Assembly: GCA_943704425.1 (NCBI GenBank)
Contig: CALSCP010000382.1
Location: 4,141-68,140, forward strand
Direction of reading: 5' to 3'
Length of the DNA: 64,000 bases
Origin: Ministeria vibrans ATCC 50519
Lineage: Eukaryota > Protista > Filasterea
Both the position numbers and the translations under genes were made by a program. Below, in pieces: positions 1 to 10,465 of the stretch; the stretch's first letter is position 1; each line of letters begins with the position of its first letter. Below the pieces are notes generated by a model. That model ran no database searches. It saw nothing but the letters and a program-made list of their open reading frames with translations, and had not been told where the DNA came from.

Positions 1-214
1 GAATGTGATGCACTAATTCTCAGGTTATTGTTATCCTCTCAATTTGTTTCTTTCTTCGTTTTTCTTAATTGTTTCTTCCTCTCTCTCTATCACTTTGTAT
101 CTTTCTCTCCCTCTCTATCACTTTGTATCTTTCTCTCTCTTTCTCTCTCGATCCTTTGTTTCTTTCTCCCTCCTTTCCCTCTCTTTATATCACTTTGTTT
201 CTTTCTCTCTCCCT

Positions 215-253
<39 letters not shown>

Positions 254-274
254 CCTCCCCAGTTTCTCTCTTAC

Positions 275-1075
275 GTTGAAGTAGTCTGTGACATCAGCAC
301 CAGTCTGGCGCCATGGCTTGTCGCTGGTGTCAAAGTTGAACTCAAAGATGGACTTGCCTTGAAACAGGGGCACCGAGTCCATGCCAGAGATGGCCGCTGC
401 GATGGCCTCGTTGCCGCCGGGAAGCGTCGACAGAGGCTGGTTGGTGGTCGGCGCCGTGCTGTTGGGCGCTGCCTGTGCGCCAGCAGCCGATGCGCCCGCA
501 CTGTTGTTGAATCCACCCAACAGGGCATTCTTCGCGTCGGTCGCAGCGACACCCGCAGTCGCCGTCGACGGCTGCGGCTGCCCGGGTGCCGTCGACGTGC
601 TCGATGGAGTCACGGACGGCGCAATGTTGGTTGCCATCACGTTCGCCTGGTTCAGATCAATGGCAAGTCCTTTGGAGATGTTGATTTGCACGTCGTCGTC
701 CGAATCGTCGTCCGAATCGTCGTCCGAATCGTCCCCGCCGCCCCCGCCTTCGCCACTGCCGCCCTTCTCCGCGCCCTCCTCGTCTCCAAGGCCTGCACAG
801 GCGATGCACACGGCGTGCGAGTGAGTGTATGACGAGACATGTTGCAAAAAGTGCCCAACGTTTTAAATCGTACCTGCTGCCGCCGCTACGTCCGCCGCCT
901 CCTGTCCCTACGCTCACCCATCCATGTGTGAGATTCAAGCAGCGCAGAAGGCGAGATGACGCCTGCAGGACAGTCTTTGCATTACCTGGTTTGCAGTCTG
1001 TCCCTCTGCGCTCTCAGCCGTCGCCTCGCTGTCGCCATACAGCATGGCGTCCACATCGTCCTCATCGTCAGCCAT
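275..1075 (-). CDS. FIP1L1: Fip1 polyadenylation factor, 5' part (exons ~1075-986, ~908-874, 792-275; continues past the left edge)
   Basis: Acidic N-terminus MADDEDDVDAMLYG; Fip1 core motif KPWRQTGADVTDYFN followed by a GT donor. Confidence 0.9.
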
Positions 1076-1288
1076 GTTGAATAAAATAAAAATAAAAATG
1101 TGAGTGATCAGTGAACCAACGAGTGTCGTCGGACGAGTGTTAACGTTTCACTTCGATTCAGATCCATTGTTTGAATAAGTGTCCAGACACTACTCACTCA
1201 AGAGTCAACACTCAACACTAAGTCAGCTACATTCTGTTTCCTCGGTGCCTGTCCGCCATCCCCGTCAAATAGCACCCCCCCTTCAACC

Positions 1289-2830
1289 ATGTTAAACGTG
1301 CAAACAAAGGCTCGTGAGCTCCTCTCAAGTATTTTTTTTTTTTTTTTTTTTGAAAACACTCATCCGATTGTTCAATGGAAATGCTCGGCACAGCAATGAG
1401 CGTGCCGGTGCGTGCGCTTGTCCTCACAGTTGCGATCACGTCGAGCGTGTGTCTGGCGGTCCCCTCGGTGGCGTCGTTCCTCGTCATGACGCCGACGTAT
1501 GTGCTGTCGCGCTTCTACATCCACACCATTGTGACGGGCTGCTTTGTGGAGGCCAATGCGGTCGCCGTGCTCGTCCACACCGCCGTGGTCGTCTTCTATG
1601 CCCCCTTCATCGAGCCGCTCTGGTCCCAGCGTGAGTTCCTGCGCTTCCTGTCCGTCACAGCACTCGTCTCAATGGTGCTCACTCTCTTCCTGTCCATCTT
1701 CATCTACGCTCTCTCCGCCACCGAATCCCTTCTGTACGAAATCTCCATTTCGAAGACTGTATTTGTTTGTATATATCTGTCTGTGTATATTGTGTGTATG
1801 TGTGTGTGTGTGTGTTTGTCTGTGTGTGTATGTGTGTGTGTGTCCTACCTAAAAGGATACTACTTCTCTTGGACAGGTTTCGCCCGCAAGGAGGTCTGTC
1901 CGCCGTGATTGCTGGCATCTTTGTTGCCATGAAACAGCTCGCGCCCGAGCGACAGCTCAGCATCCTTGGGTTGGTTCCGCTGCGTGCAAAGGTTTCGCAA
2001 CATACTCACAGAACAAACATGGTCGCTGTACTGCTGTACTGATGCACCTCGCCAATACCCACTGTAGAACCTCGGCTCGAGCGTGGCGGTACTGGTGATC
2101 ATCTTGTGCATCGTGCAGCTGATTCCGCTGATGCAGTGCATGCTTTACTGCATTGGTCTGTTTGTCTCGTGGTGCTACTTGCGCTTCTACCAGGTACTCA
2201 CCAAGATGATTGTATTTATTGGGAGTTGTGGTTTGTCCGTCCTTTAATCTCAACTCGTCGTTGTGCAGAAAAACGAGGCGGGTCTGCGTGGCGATCCCGC
2301 ACCTTCATTTGCCTTTGCGACTTTCTTTGTGGAAGCACTACAGTAAGTGCCACAGGCGCGTTGTATTGCGGACAAGACAGACACACACTCTCACGCTCAT
2401 TCACTTTTTCTTTCAATGGCGTAGGGCTCCCGTTGCCATGGCGTGCGATGTCGTGTACAAGGGGGCATGCCGCATTCGACTCGTGCCCGAGCTGCGAGCC
2501 GCGCAATCACTGCCCACGCATCAGCCCAGCTCAAGTAGTGTCAACAAGGCGCGTGCACTTCCACCCGCAACCGCAGCCAAGACCACCGACCGCATTGGCA
2601 ACACTTCCTTCGCCGACGTGGGTCTGTCCGACGTGGCCGAGGACGGGAGACCCCTGAGCGATGCAGAAAGACGTCGTCTGCTTGCCCTGCGTGCCCTCGA
2701 TCGTCGCCTGGGCAACCTCCCCTCATCCACTGTCACCTCGCCGTCCTCCTCCTCCTCTGCCGCCTCGTCTCAACCAACTTCTATCTCTAACCCTTCTCCT
2801 CCTGCTCCCTCCTCGTCCTCAGACGCCTAG
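1289..2830 (+). CDS. TMEM115: TMEM115-like rhomboid-fold Golgi membrane protein (6 exons)
   Basis: Spliced product includes IEPLWSQREFLRF, FVAMKQLAPE, SWCYLRFYQ, GLRGD..FAFATFF and DAERRRLLALRALDRRL. Confidence 0.85.
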
Positions 2831-3009
2831 CGCTTCTCCTTTTGTTTTCGACTCTGTAGTTCATTAAATTATATCTTTTCTGTTCACAACTGAAGTTTTA
2901 ACTGTTCGAGTTTCCCTGGCGAGCGTAATGATTTTTTTTTGTTTTTATTTCCATATAACGTAGAGATTGGTATTTGGAAGGAATCATCGCGCGTGCGAGC
3001 AGAGCTCTA

Positions 3010-3055
3010 ACTAATAAAATAATAATAATTAATAATTAATAATAATAACAATAAT

Positions 3056-3108
<53 letters not shown>

Positions 3109-3129
3109 GAATAATAATAATAAGAATAA

Positions 3130-3184
<55 letters not shown>

Positions 3185-3190
3185 AATAAA
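3010..3190. repeat. (TAA)n microsatellite, intergenic
   Basis: Directly visible. Confidence 0.95.
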
Positions 3191-3204
3191 GAAAAATAAA
3201 TAGA

Positions 3205-3268
3205 CAATCGAGAGCTGTACTCAATGTCAAAACGAGACAGTATGCAAACAAAGAGCTGCACAATACTT
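3205..3268 (+). repeat. Short dispersed repeat, copy 1 (inverted copies at 39790-39868 and 5021-5046)
   Basis: AATCGAGAGCTGTACTCAATGTCAAAACGAGAC versus reverse-complement AATCGATAGCTGTACTCAATGTCAAAACAAGAC (31/33 identical). Confidence 0.8.
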
Positions 3269-3300
3269 CCTTTATTATATTTTATATTTTATTGTGTTTT

Positions 3301-5422
3301 TCATGTCCACAACTTCAAATTGAACGAATCGACGACCGTTCCATTGCCCGACACCACAAAGTCACACGAAAAGTCGGTTGCGTTCGCTGTGCACTGGTGG
3401 AACCCCGCAAGTGACATCTAAGTGCCACCACACAAGGTCAGTCCCCCCTGTCCAATCACTCAGTATAATGTGTTTTTCCTTACGCGCGCTCGCGACCACG
3501 CTGGCGCGGGATTCAAAAAATTGGTGTCCAGACGCTCCTTGTTTCCTCCAGCCTACAACACCAAGTAAAGTTAGACATCCCGTGTCAGACACGCGCCTTG
3601 TCACTTTTTGATGAATACCCCCGACAGAATGTGGATGGTGCCCTTGGGCTGTGCAAGCGAACCCGACAGAACTCCATTGCTAGTGAGGGGCAGTGTGCGT
3701 TCGCTGTGATGCACGTGCGCTCCAAAGAACACATTGACGTGGAACCGCTCAAAGAGCGGCTCCAGATTCTTGCGCAGACCGGCCGCCTCGGCCTCGCAGG
3801 CCTTCTGGTGAGAGGCACAGTAGAGCGGACGATGCGCCATGACGATGATCCAGGGCCGCACAGCACGCGCGTGGGCCGTCGTTGCCTGCGTCAAATCACG
3901 CACAAGCCACTCGTACTGTTCAGAGGAGGGAGGGAAGTCTGAGAAGGAAGGGAGAAATAGATACTAATGAGAGGCACCCACGAACAGGAATAACCGTTGG
4001 TTCGTACAAAAGGGATCAAGGCCATCGGGACCCTCGGAGCGCAGTGCAACAAAGTGGACGGGTCCTGAGTTCCACGAGTAGTACATGCCGGAGCTGTTGG
4101 CTTGTGCGGTGGGCATGACAAAGCGAGCGCGGTACGACGCAAAGTTGAAGAAGCCCTCATGATTGCCGGGCAGTGTCATGTACGGTGTGAAGGCCACGGC
4201 AGTCGCCACCTTGCGCATCCACACGTCCCACAGCGGCTGAAATCCATCCGCATACGACAGATCGCCGATATGGATGATCTTGTCGACCTGCCGTCCCTGC
4301 GACAGTGCCGCCAGGCGAAACGCCGTCATGTCGCCCATATCGGATGCACCCGCATCGCCCAGCAGCGCAAATGAAATGCTTCTTGTCGATTCTTCGTTGG
4401 GCCCAATGAAGTTCATGGCTTCGTTTTCAGACCTACGCACACCAACAAGAACACTCTAAATGAAATGTTCCCTCACTACGCCGTCCTTTCTACCACTGTG
4501 GCTTGTTCCAGTATCCCACAGCCTGGGCACTGCCCACCCGGTAGTAGTACTTGACACCTGCCGTCAGGCCTGTCACAACCGCCTCGTGTAGCGACCCCAA
4601 CCACCCGCCTTTGGTGTACGTCGACTGGCGTATACAATGCACAGCGAGATGCATGTGTCAATCGAAAATGGACTGCACACCGCCGACACCCTCCCCTTAA
4701 AACTTACCTGCGTCCCTTCAACCGTGTGTTCCCACACGTCGTGGTTCTCCCAACCATTCGTTGTGCCCCACTGGACTGTTGAATCGGGTGTTTCCTGCAG
4801 CGTCGTCCACATAATGCGCATCTCTCCGTCGCGTCCTGTCAGTGCAATGTGCACTTGTTCGGGCGTATAAGGACTGAAAGAGAGTGAGCACAACAGCGAG
4901 CGGCCCTACGCCATGCGTGTCTCCTTACGTCATGCAGCACTCAAACGTACACATGCCGCCCATCATTCCGCACAGTGCGCGGGGACTGAACAAACCAAAA
5001 CAGCAAAGAGAGAACAATAATGACATTGAGTACAGCTCCCGATTCATATTCCCACGTCTCACCTGTACTTGACGAGAACTCCTGTGTCCTCTTGCACAAT
5101 GAGGGGTCCTAGGGAGTCCACGCCCGAGCGGCACGCTTCCTTGAGCGCTCCAGGAAGGTCGTCACACACTTTGTTGAGCGCATCCTCAATCTACAGAAGC
5201 AGGTTACGCCCGCGCACGCTCGGCGGCGAACCACCTCCTCGTGCTGCTGCTGCAGCGCACCTTGTGGATGGTAGAGTTCGATTCAAGCTCGGGCAGGAGT
5301 CGCGCGATCTCATCGACACACAGTGCACACGCCCAGCCGCCTTCGGAGAGACTGTGCGCGTCCACACGCGCGCCGATCACCGCCATTATACATACGCTGA
5401 TGGCTAGTGGCGTCAACTGCAT
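3301..5422 (-). CDS. Secreted purple acid phosphatase (ACP7-like) with an N-terminal saposin-B domain, multi-exon
   Basis: Signal peptide; six-Cys saposin pattern; PEQVHIA N-domain; metal motifs GDAG, GDLSY, GNHE, VMAH, AHVH. Confidence 0.9.
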
Positions 5423-5559
5423 CTTGACAATGATTAATTTTATTTTCATTTTCATTTTCATTTTCATTGACACGAACTGATCACTACTAATTCGTCGAAT
5501 CGTCTCCAGTCTCCTTCGCTCTACAATCTAAAATTCTAAATCTACTTTTTTTTTTTTAC

Positions 5560-5933
5560 ATGTTGCGCATTGCACTTGTGGCGTTGTTTGTGCTGGGGTC
5601 GCACGCGGCGCGATCGCAGTTTGCGGCGATGTCGGACGACGAGGTGGACAAGCTGGCGGAACAGTGGCAAGACGAAGAGGAGAAGGCGGAGATTGCAGCG
5701 GAGCGCGAGAAGGTGCGTCGCCCCTTACCCTCCCGCCATGTGTTGCTGTCAACCCCCGTTGTGATGCGTGCTCAAGAAGCCCCTCTCGTGGACTGCTGAG
5801 CGTTTTCTGCCCGAAAATTCTCCCTGATTCTTTTTCTTCTTTTCTCTTTTTTTTTGCCTTTTCGCCGTAGATGATGAACAAGGCGCCTGGCGACAACGGC
5901 CTCATGATCATTTCGCTCGAGGGGCTGACCAAG
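5560..5933 (+). CDS. MESD: MESD/Boca LDLR chaperone, exons 1-2 (5560-5712, 5871-5933)
   Basis: Signal peptide and SDDEVDKLAEQWQDEE, resembling the MESD 'LLEQWE' motif; phase-0 donor fits the acceptor at 9469. Confidence 0.75.
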
Positions 5934-5977
5934 GTGCCCTTTTTACGCGAGCCCGGCGAACTGTTGTCTAATGACTG

Positions 5978-6096
5978 TTCTCTCTTTATCACTTTGTTTC
6001 TCTCTCTATCACTTTGTTTCTCTCTCTATCACTTTGTTTCTCTCTCTATCACTTTGTTTCTCTCTCTATCACTTTGTTTCTCTCTCTATCACTTTG
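5978..6096. repeat. 20-bp tandem minisatellite (TCTCTCTATCACTTTGTTTC)n running into an N gap
   Basis: About six near-perfect units; degenerate arrays also at ~80-230, 23750-23960, 35430-35730 and 36800-37200. Confidence 0.9.
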
Positions 6097-6198
6097 NNNN
6101 NNNNNTTCTGACGCTCATGCTGGGTTGGGGCTGTGTAGCAAAGCACGAGAGTGTACTCTCTCTATCACTTTTGTTTCCTTTTCTCTTTCTTTCTCCAG

Positions 6199-7348
6199 GT
6201 TGCTTGCGCTGCTCTGGACGTGTTTGAAGAGGAGCCGCCCAAGAACCGTGCACTCATCACGCACGCTAACCTCATTTCGACGCCCCATCTGGGCGCATCG
6301 ACGCGCGAGGCACAGGTCAAGGTCGCCGAGGAGATTGCCGACCAGATCGTTGCCGCCAAGAAGGGCGAGGCCATCCAGGGCGTCGTTAACGCGCCGGCTC
6401 TTGTCAACGCCATGAAGGAGAGCCTTCAGCCGTGGGTAAGTTGTTGCCTTTTTTTTTTTGTTGCATTGTTGTTGTTTGTGCGCGCTCGCGCTCACTGTGC
6501 ACACCACTCACTCATTGTTTGTGTGTGTCATTATCGTTACTAGGTCAACCTTGCCATGCGTCTGGGCATGCTTGCCGCACAACTGTTGGGCGGAGATGCC
6601 TTTGGCGAGCAGAGTGTGTCGCACTCGCTGAGTAAACTGACGGTGCGCGTGCAGGGCAAGTCTCTGCAAGCGGCGGCGTCGACGCTCGTCAACGCAGCAC
6701 TTGTGGGCATGCTCAACACACTCCACAGCAACGACACCAACCTGGTCAACGCGCCGTCCGTCGCTGAGCAGGTCGGCCTCAATGTCGTCGAGGAGCGCAG
6801 CAACAACGTCCACTCCAGCTACGTCAACGCACTGGCGCTCGTCTACGAGACAGACGCGAACACCAAGAGCGAGTACATTGGCACTGTCTTTGGCAGCGAC
6901 CGTATCCGCCTCGTCACAGTCGACGGCCATGGCTTTGAGATCTTCCCTGCAGGCAACCTTGTCTTCTACTCCAACGAGGACAAGCCCGGTGTCCTCGCCG
7001 CCGTTTCATCGCTCTTTGCCAAGGCCAACGTCAATATCAGCGACTTCAACATGTCCCACCAGGACGATGGGGTAAGGGCCACACTCTACATATACAGCCA
7101 CCTCTTTTCACACTCCTTCGTTCTGTTTTTCAGCCCTCCCTGACCATCCTCAACACCGACGACTCTGTTCCTGACGAGACTCTCGAGAAGCTCCGTGCAA
7201 TCAACTTTGTCAAGCACGTCCGTCGCGGTACGCCCAGACCTCTTTTTATATATACACTGTGATGCCGCTAAGTTATTGTTTCTTGTGTGTGTGTGTGTTT
7301 CATTATATTTTAGTCGTGTTGCCGCACAAGATCAAGCCAGCATTTTGA
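6199..7348 (+). CDS. PHGDH: D-3-phosphoglycerate dehydrogenase, 3' portion only (starts just after the N gap)
   Basis: AALDVFEEEPP and TPHLGASTREAQ; ASB domain; ACT domain NEDKPGVLA; 4 exons ending KIKPAF*. Confidence 0.92.
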
Positions 7349-7561
7349 GGTGTGTGTTGTAAAATGAAGCTTTAAGAGCAACCCAGCCGCCAAAACGTTT
7401 GTCACAGTTATCCTGGTCATTGCGTTAAAGTCATGTCGTTGATTTTTCTTTTTTTTTTTCCTTTTCGGAAGTTGAGTATTGACTCATCAACTGCGAAAAA
7501 AAACTGATACAGTATTTCACTCACATTAGAGCAATAGTTAGTTCTTAGCATTCTTTTTTGT

Positions 7562-9067
7562 ATGAGTCTTGCTGAGAAAGTTGAAGAATATGACACACGT
7601 GCGCGTGTTTTGCGAGAGCAGGGCGACACAAGAGGCGCCGAGGAGGCGCATCGTGCGGCGGCCTGTGCAATCTCCGAAATGGCCACACAAACTACCGATC
7701 GAACTGTACTGCGCGCCCTTCAAGTTCAGCGCGCCGACCACGAACGACGTGCCGACGACATGAGACGTGCGTCCGCCGCCAAAGCCATCGCCCCACAGCC
7801 GCCTGCGAGTTCCGCGACAACTCGTTCGACCCGTCCGCGTTCCTCCGTCTTGGCAACGTCTCCTGCCAAGTCTGCTGCGCCCGCTTCCGCCCCACCCACG
7901 CGAGAGAAGACTGTGGTGGCCGAACAACCACCTGCACTTGCTGCGGACGAGACCACAGGCGTCTTTGAGGGAGTGTGGGAATCGTTTGAGGCACTTTTCA
8001 AAGCTGCGTTTGCCACAACGAAAACGACGGGTTCTGCCGCTACGACGACGACTTCTACTGCTGCTGGCGGCAGTAGGACCAGTAGCAGGAGTAGCCGCGG
8101 CGGTGGCGGCGGCGGTGGTGGTGGAGAGCGCATGAGTTTGCGCGAGCTGTATGCACACGGTGGACGTGGGCGTCTTTCGAGTGACGCGTTGCCAGCGCCA
8201 CGCCAACTGTCGACGCGTGTCGAAGACGACTTTCTCGTCGTCAGCTCTATTGGAGGACCCTCTTCGACTGGTGTCGCCGCTACAACGGCCCCGTCGCCCA
8301 CCAAACAACAACAACAACAACAGCGAAAGATGGACGATGTGGCAGAAGAGAATTTGATGCTCCGCGAGCAACTGCGTTTGGCGCAGGAGGAGCTAGTGCG
8401 ACTACGCGAACAGGCAGAAGCATCCGATACACTACGACAGTCAATTGCAACCTTTCGACGGGGTCTGGTGCGGGCTTCGGAGCGCGTCAAGGGCGACCAG
8501 CGCCTCAAGGCATCGCTGGCACAGAGTTTTCTTGAGAAAGTGTCGGAGCGAGCAGGCGGCCAGAGAGAGCGTGATGCAGCGGAAGAGACCAGAAGGAAAG
8601 GAGGGCGTGCTCATGATGCTGATGATGATAATGATGGTGGTGATGAAAGCGACGAAACACAGGTCATTGCTGAGTTGCGTCGGGAGAACACACGACTGCG
8701 CGAGGAGAACGCGAAGCAGAAGCGTCGGTGGGAGCAGCTCAAGCAGACAGCACGGCTGCGTCGCCAGCAGCATGAAACGAGCGTGGCGAAGAAGCAGGAA
8801 GCGCTCGCGCAACAGACTGAACACATCACTGAGTTGGAGAATTCCATTGATCTTGCAGGTAATAATACCATCTGTTCCGCCCTGCATCAAAGAAGTGACC
8901 TCGCTCATTCGTTTTCTTTTTTTTTTGTAGGTGAACCGCCCGTTCGAATGCCGTTTTGGGGCGACGCAGAGCGACGAACGCAGCAAGAATTACTGGACGA
9001 CGGCGTCGAGCACTCGACTCGCTCTCTTTTCTACTCGTCTTCCAGCACTTCAAGCGTTGTTGAATAA
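7562..9067 (+). CDS. NRBF2/Atg38-like protein with a MIT domain and coiled coil (probable in-frame intron ~8859-8930)
   Basis: N-terminal three-helix MIT-like segment (AEEAHRAAA...LRALQVQRADH); C-terminal coiled coil KRRWEQLKQTARLRR. Confidence 0.6.
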   Translation: MSLAEKVEEYDTRARVLREQGDTRGAEEAHRAAACAISEMATQTTDRTVLRALQVQRADHERRADDMRRASAAKAIAPQPPASSATTRSTRPRSSVLATSPAKSAAPASAPPTREKTVVAEQPPALAADETTGVFEGVWESFEALFKAAFATTKTTGSAATTTTSTAAGGSRTSSRSSRGGGGGGGGGERMSLRELYAHGGRGRLSSDALPAPRQLSTRVEDDFLVVSSIGGPSSTGVAATTAPSPTKQQQQQQRKMDDVAEENLMLREQLRLAQEELVRLREQAEASDTLRQSIATFRRGLVRASERVKGDQRLKASLAQSFLEKVSERAGGQRERDAAEETRRKGGRAHDADDDNDGGDESDETQVIAELRRENTRLREENAKQKRRWEQLKQTARLRRQQHETSVAKKQEALAQQTEHITELENSIDLAGNNTICSALHQRSDLAHSFSFFFVGEPPVRMPFWGDAERRTQQELLDDGVEHSTRSLFYSSSSTSSVVE

Positions 9068-9144
9068 AATAATAAGAACCCGTCATAACTTTTTTTTTGT
9101 ACATCCACTGCGTGATCTCTTTCTCTTACGGCACTGTGAGCTGC

Positions 9145-9349
9145 ATGTGGTTGGGCTGGAGACGACTGTCTCTCTGGCGGGGAACCGCCACACAAGTTCG
9201 ATCTGTCTCGTTCACTCCCGCCCGTTTCAAGCGTCGTCCCGGCGCAGTTGTGGCGCGCGAGCCCACACCACCGACATCTAGCACGTCGGATTCCGTCGAC
9301 GAGACGCCGCTGTGGATGCAAACGCAAACCAAAGACACAATGGGACACG
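9145..9349 (+). CDS. Orphan first exon of an unidentified, probably mitochondrial protein
   Basis: Arg-rich N-terminus with no acidic residues, MWLGWRRLSLWRG; phase-1 GT donor does not fit the downstream phase-0 exon. Confidence 0.4.
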
Positions 9350-9385
9350 GTAGGAATAACGTTTCGTTCCCTGTCATTTCACCTG

Positions 9386-9387
<2 letters not shown>

Positions 9388-9459
<72 letters not shown>
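9388..9459. repeat. (CT)n microsatellite at the suspected assembly junction
   Basis: Directly visible. Confidence 0.95.
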
Positions 9460-9462
<3 letters not shown>

Positions 9463-9468
9463 ATACAG

Positions 9469-10076
9469 CGCGAAGCAGAAGACCGCTCCAAGCTGTGGAA
9501 CTCAATGCTGTCCAACATGCACATTGGCGCAAATCTGTTTGTTGCTGACGAGAAGACCATCATTGTGATGAACCGCAAAGGTCTCCTGTTCCTCACACTG
9601 AGACTTGAGCACTCAGCAAACCCGCTCACCCTCTAATCCCTCCACAGGTGCTACCGCTGGCGAGATCACCAACCTGCTTCTGGAGCAGGACAATGTCGCG
9701 TCAATCAAGGTTAACGAGCAGATGTACTACCCAAAAGGTAAGCACACCGTTTCGTCACTTGGGTGGAAGAAGAGGACACGTTATACTTTTTTGCTGCGTG
9801 CAAACAAGTGACACGTCACCCATACTCCATCGTGTTTTCACGCCTTTCCTTCTACAATGCGTTTTGGTAGGCAAAGCACCGGCGGGCACAGCTAAGGCGG
9901 GCACAGGCATGGGAGGCAACCAGAACGTGGATCCGGCACTGTTGGCGCGCATCCAAAACGACCCGGAGTTCCTGCAGAAAATGATGGCGGACCAAAAGAC
10001 GAAGGAGGAGAAGAAGAAGAAGAAGAAGAAGAAGGGAGGCAAGAAGAAGAAGAGCAAGACCAAGGCGGATTTGTAG
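9469..10076 (+). CDS. MESD: MESD exons 3-5 (9469-9580, 9648-9737, 9871-10076)
   Basis: EAEDRSKLWNSML...EITNLLLEQDNVASIKVNEQMYYPK matches the MESD core by eye; Lys-rich tail; KDEL-like C-terminus KADL. Confidence 0.8.
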
Positions 10077-10465
10077 GACTACAATTAAATACACACACAT
10101 TTTATTACATACACAATAATAATAAAAATAAAATTAATAATAATAATAATAATACTAATAATATAATAATCAACAAAGGCGGTATTGACTAACAGAAGGA
10201 GACCGGTGGTAGAAGGAAGGTATAGGAGAGGAGATGTGCGCGGAGAGAGCAAGGAAGACGAGCGCACACCGCTGGAAAACTCTCAGAAAATGCCGAGCAA
10301 GCCACAGAGCAGAGCACCCTTGCCCGCGCTCATTCCAAAAAGTGAGCTGTAGTGTCACTAGTGACGTGACTCATTCTATTTTTTCAATTATATTTTAGTT
10401 TCGGTTGATATGCCCTATTCAGTGATGAGACAATAAAGATTCTACTTATTGGTTTCAGAGTTATT

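Noticed and set aside
5990-6096. TCTCTATCACT resembles half of the tet operator, and the regular repeat could suggest a CRISPR array or synthetic construct
   Set aside because: No palindromic second half and no unique spacers; it is a head-to-tail eukaryotic minisatellite
9097-9636. Apparent ORF fusing a mitochondrial-type leader to the MESD core
   Set aside because: Reads through a (CT)n intron, and the splice phases (1 versus 0) are incompatible; better explained by the misjoin
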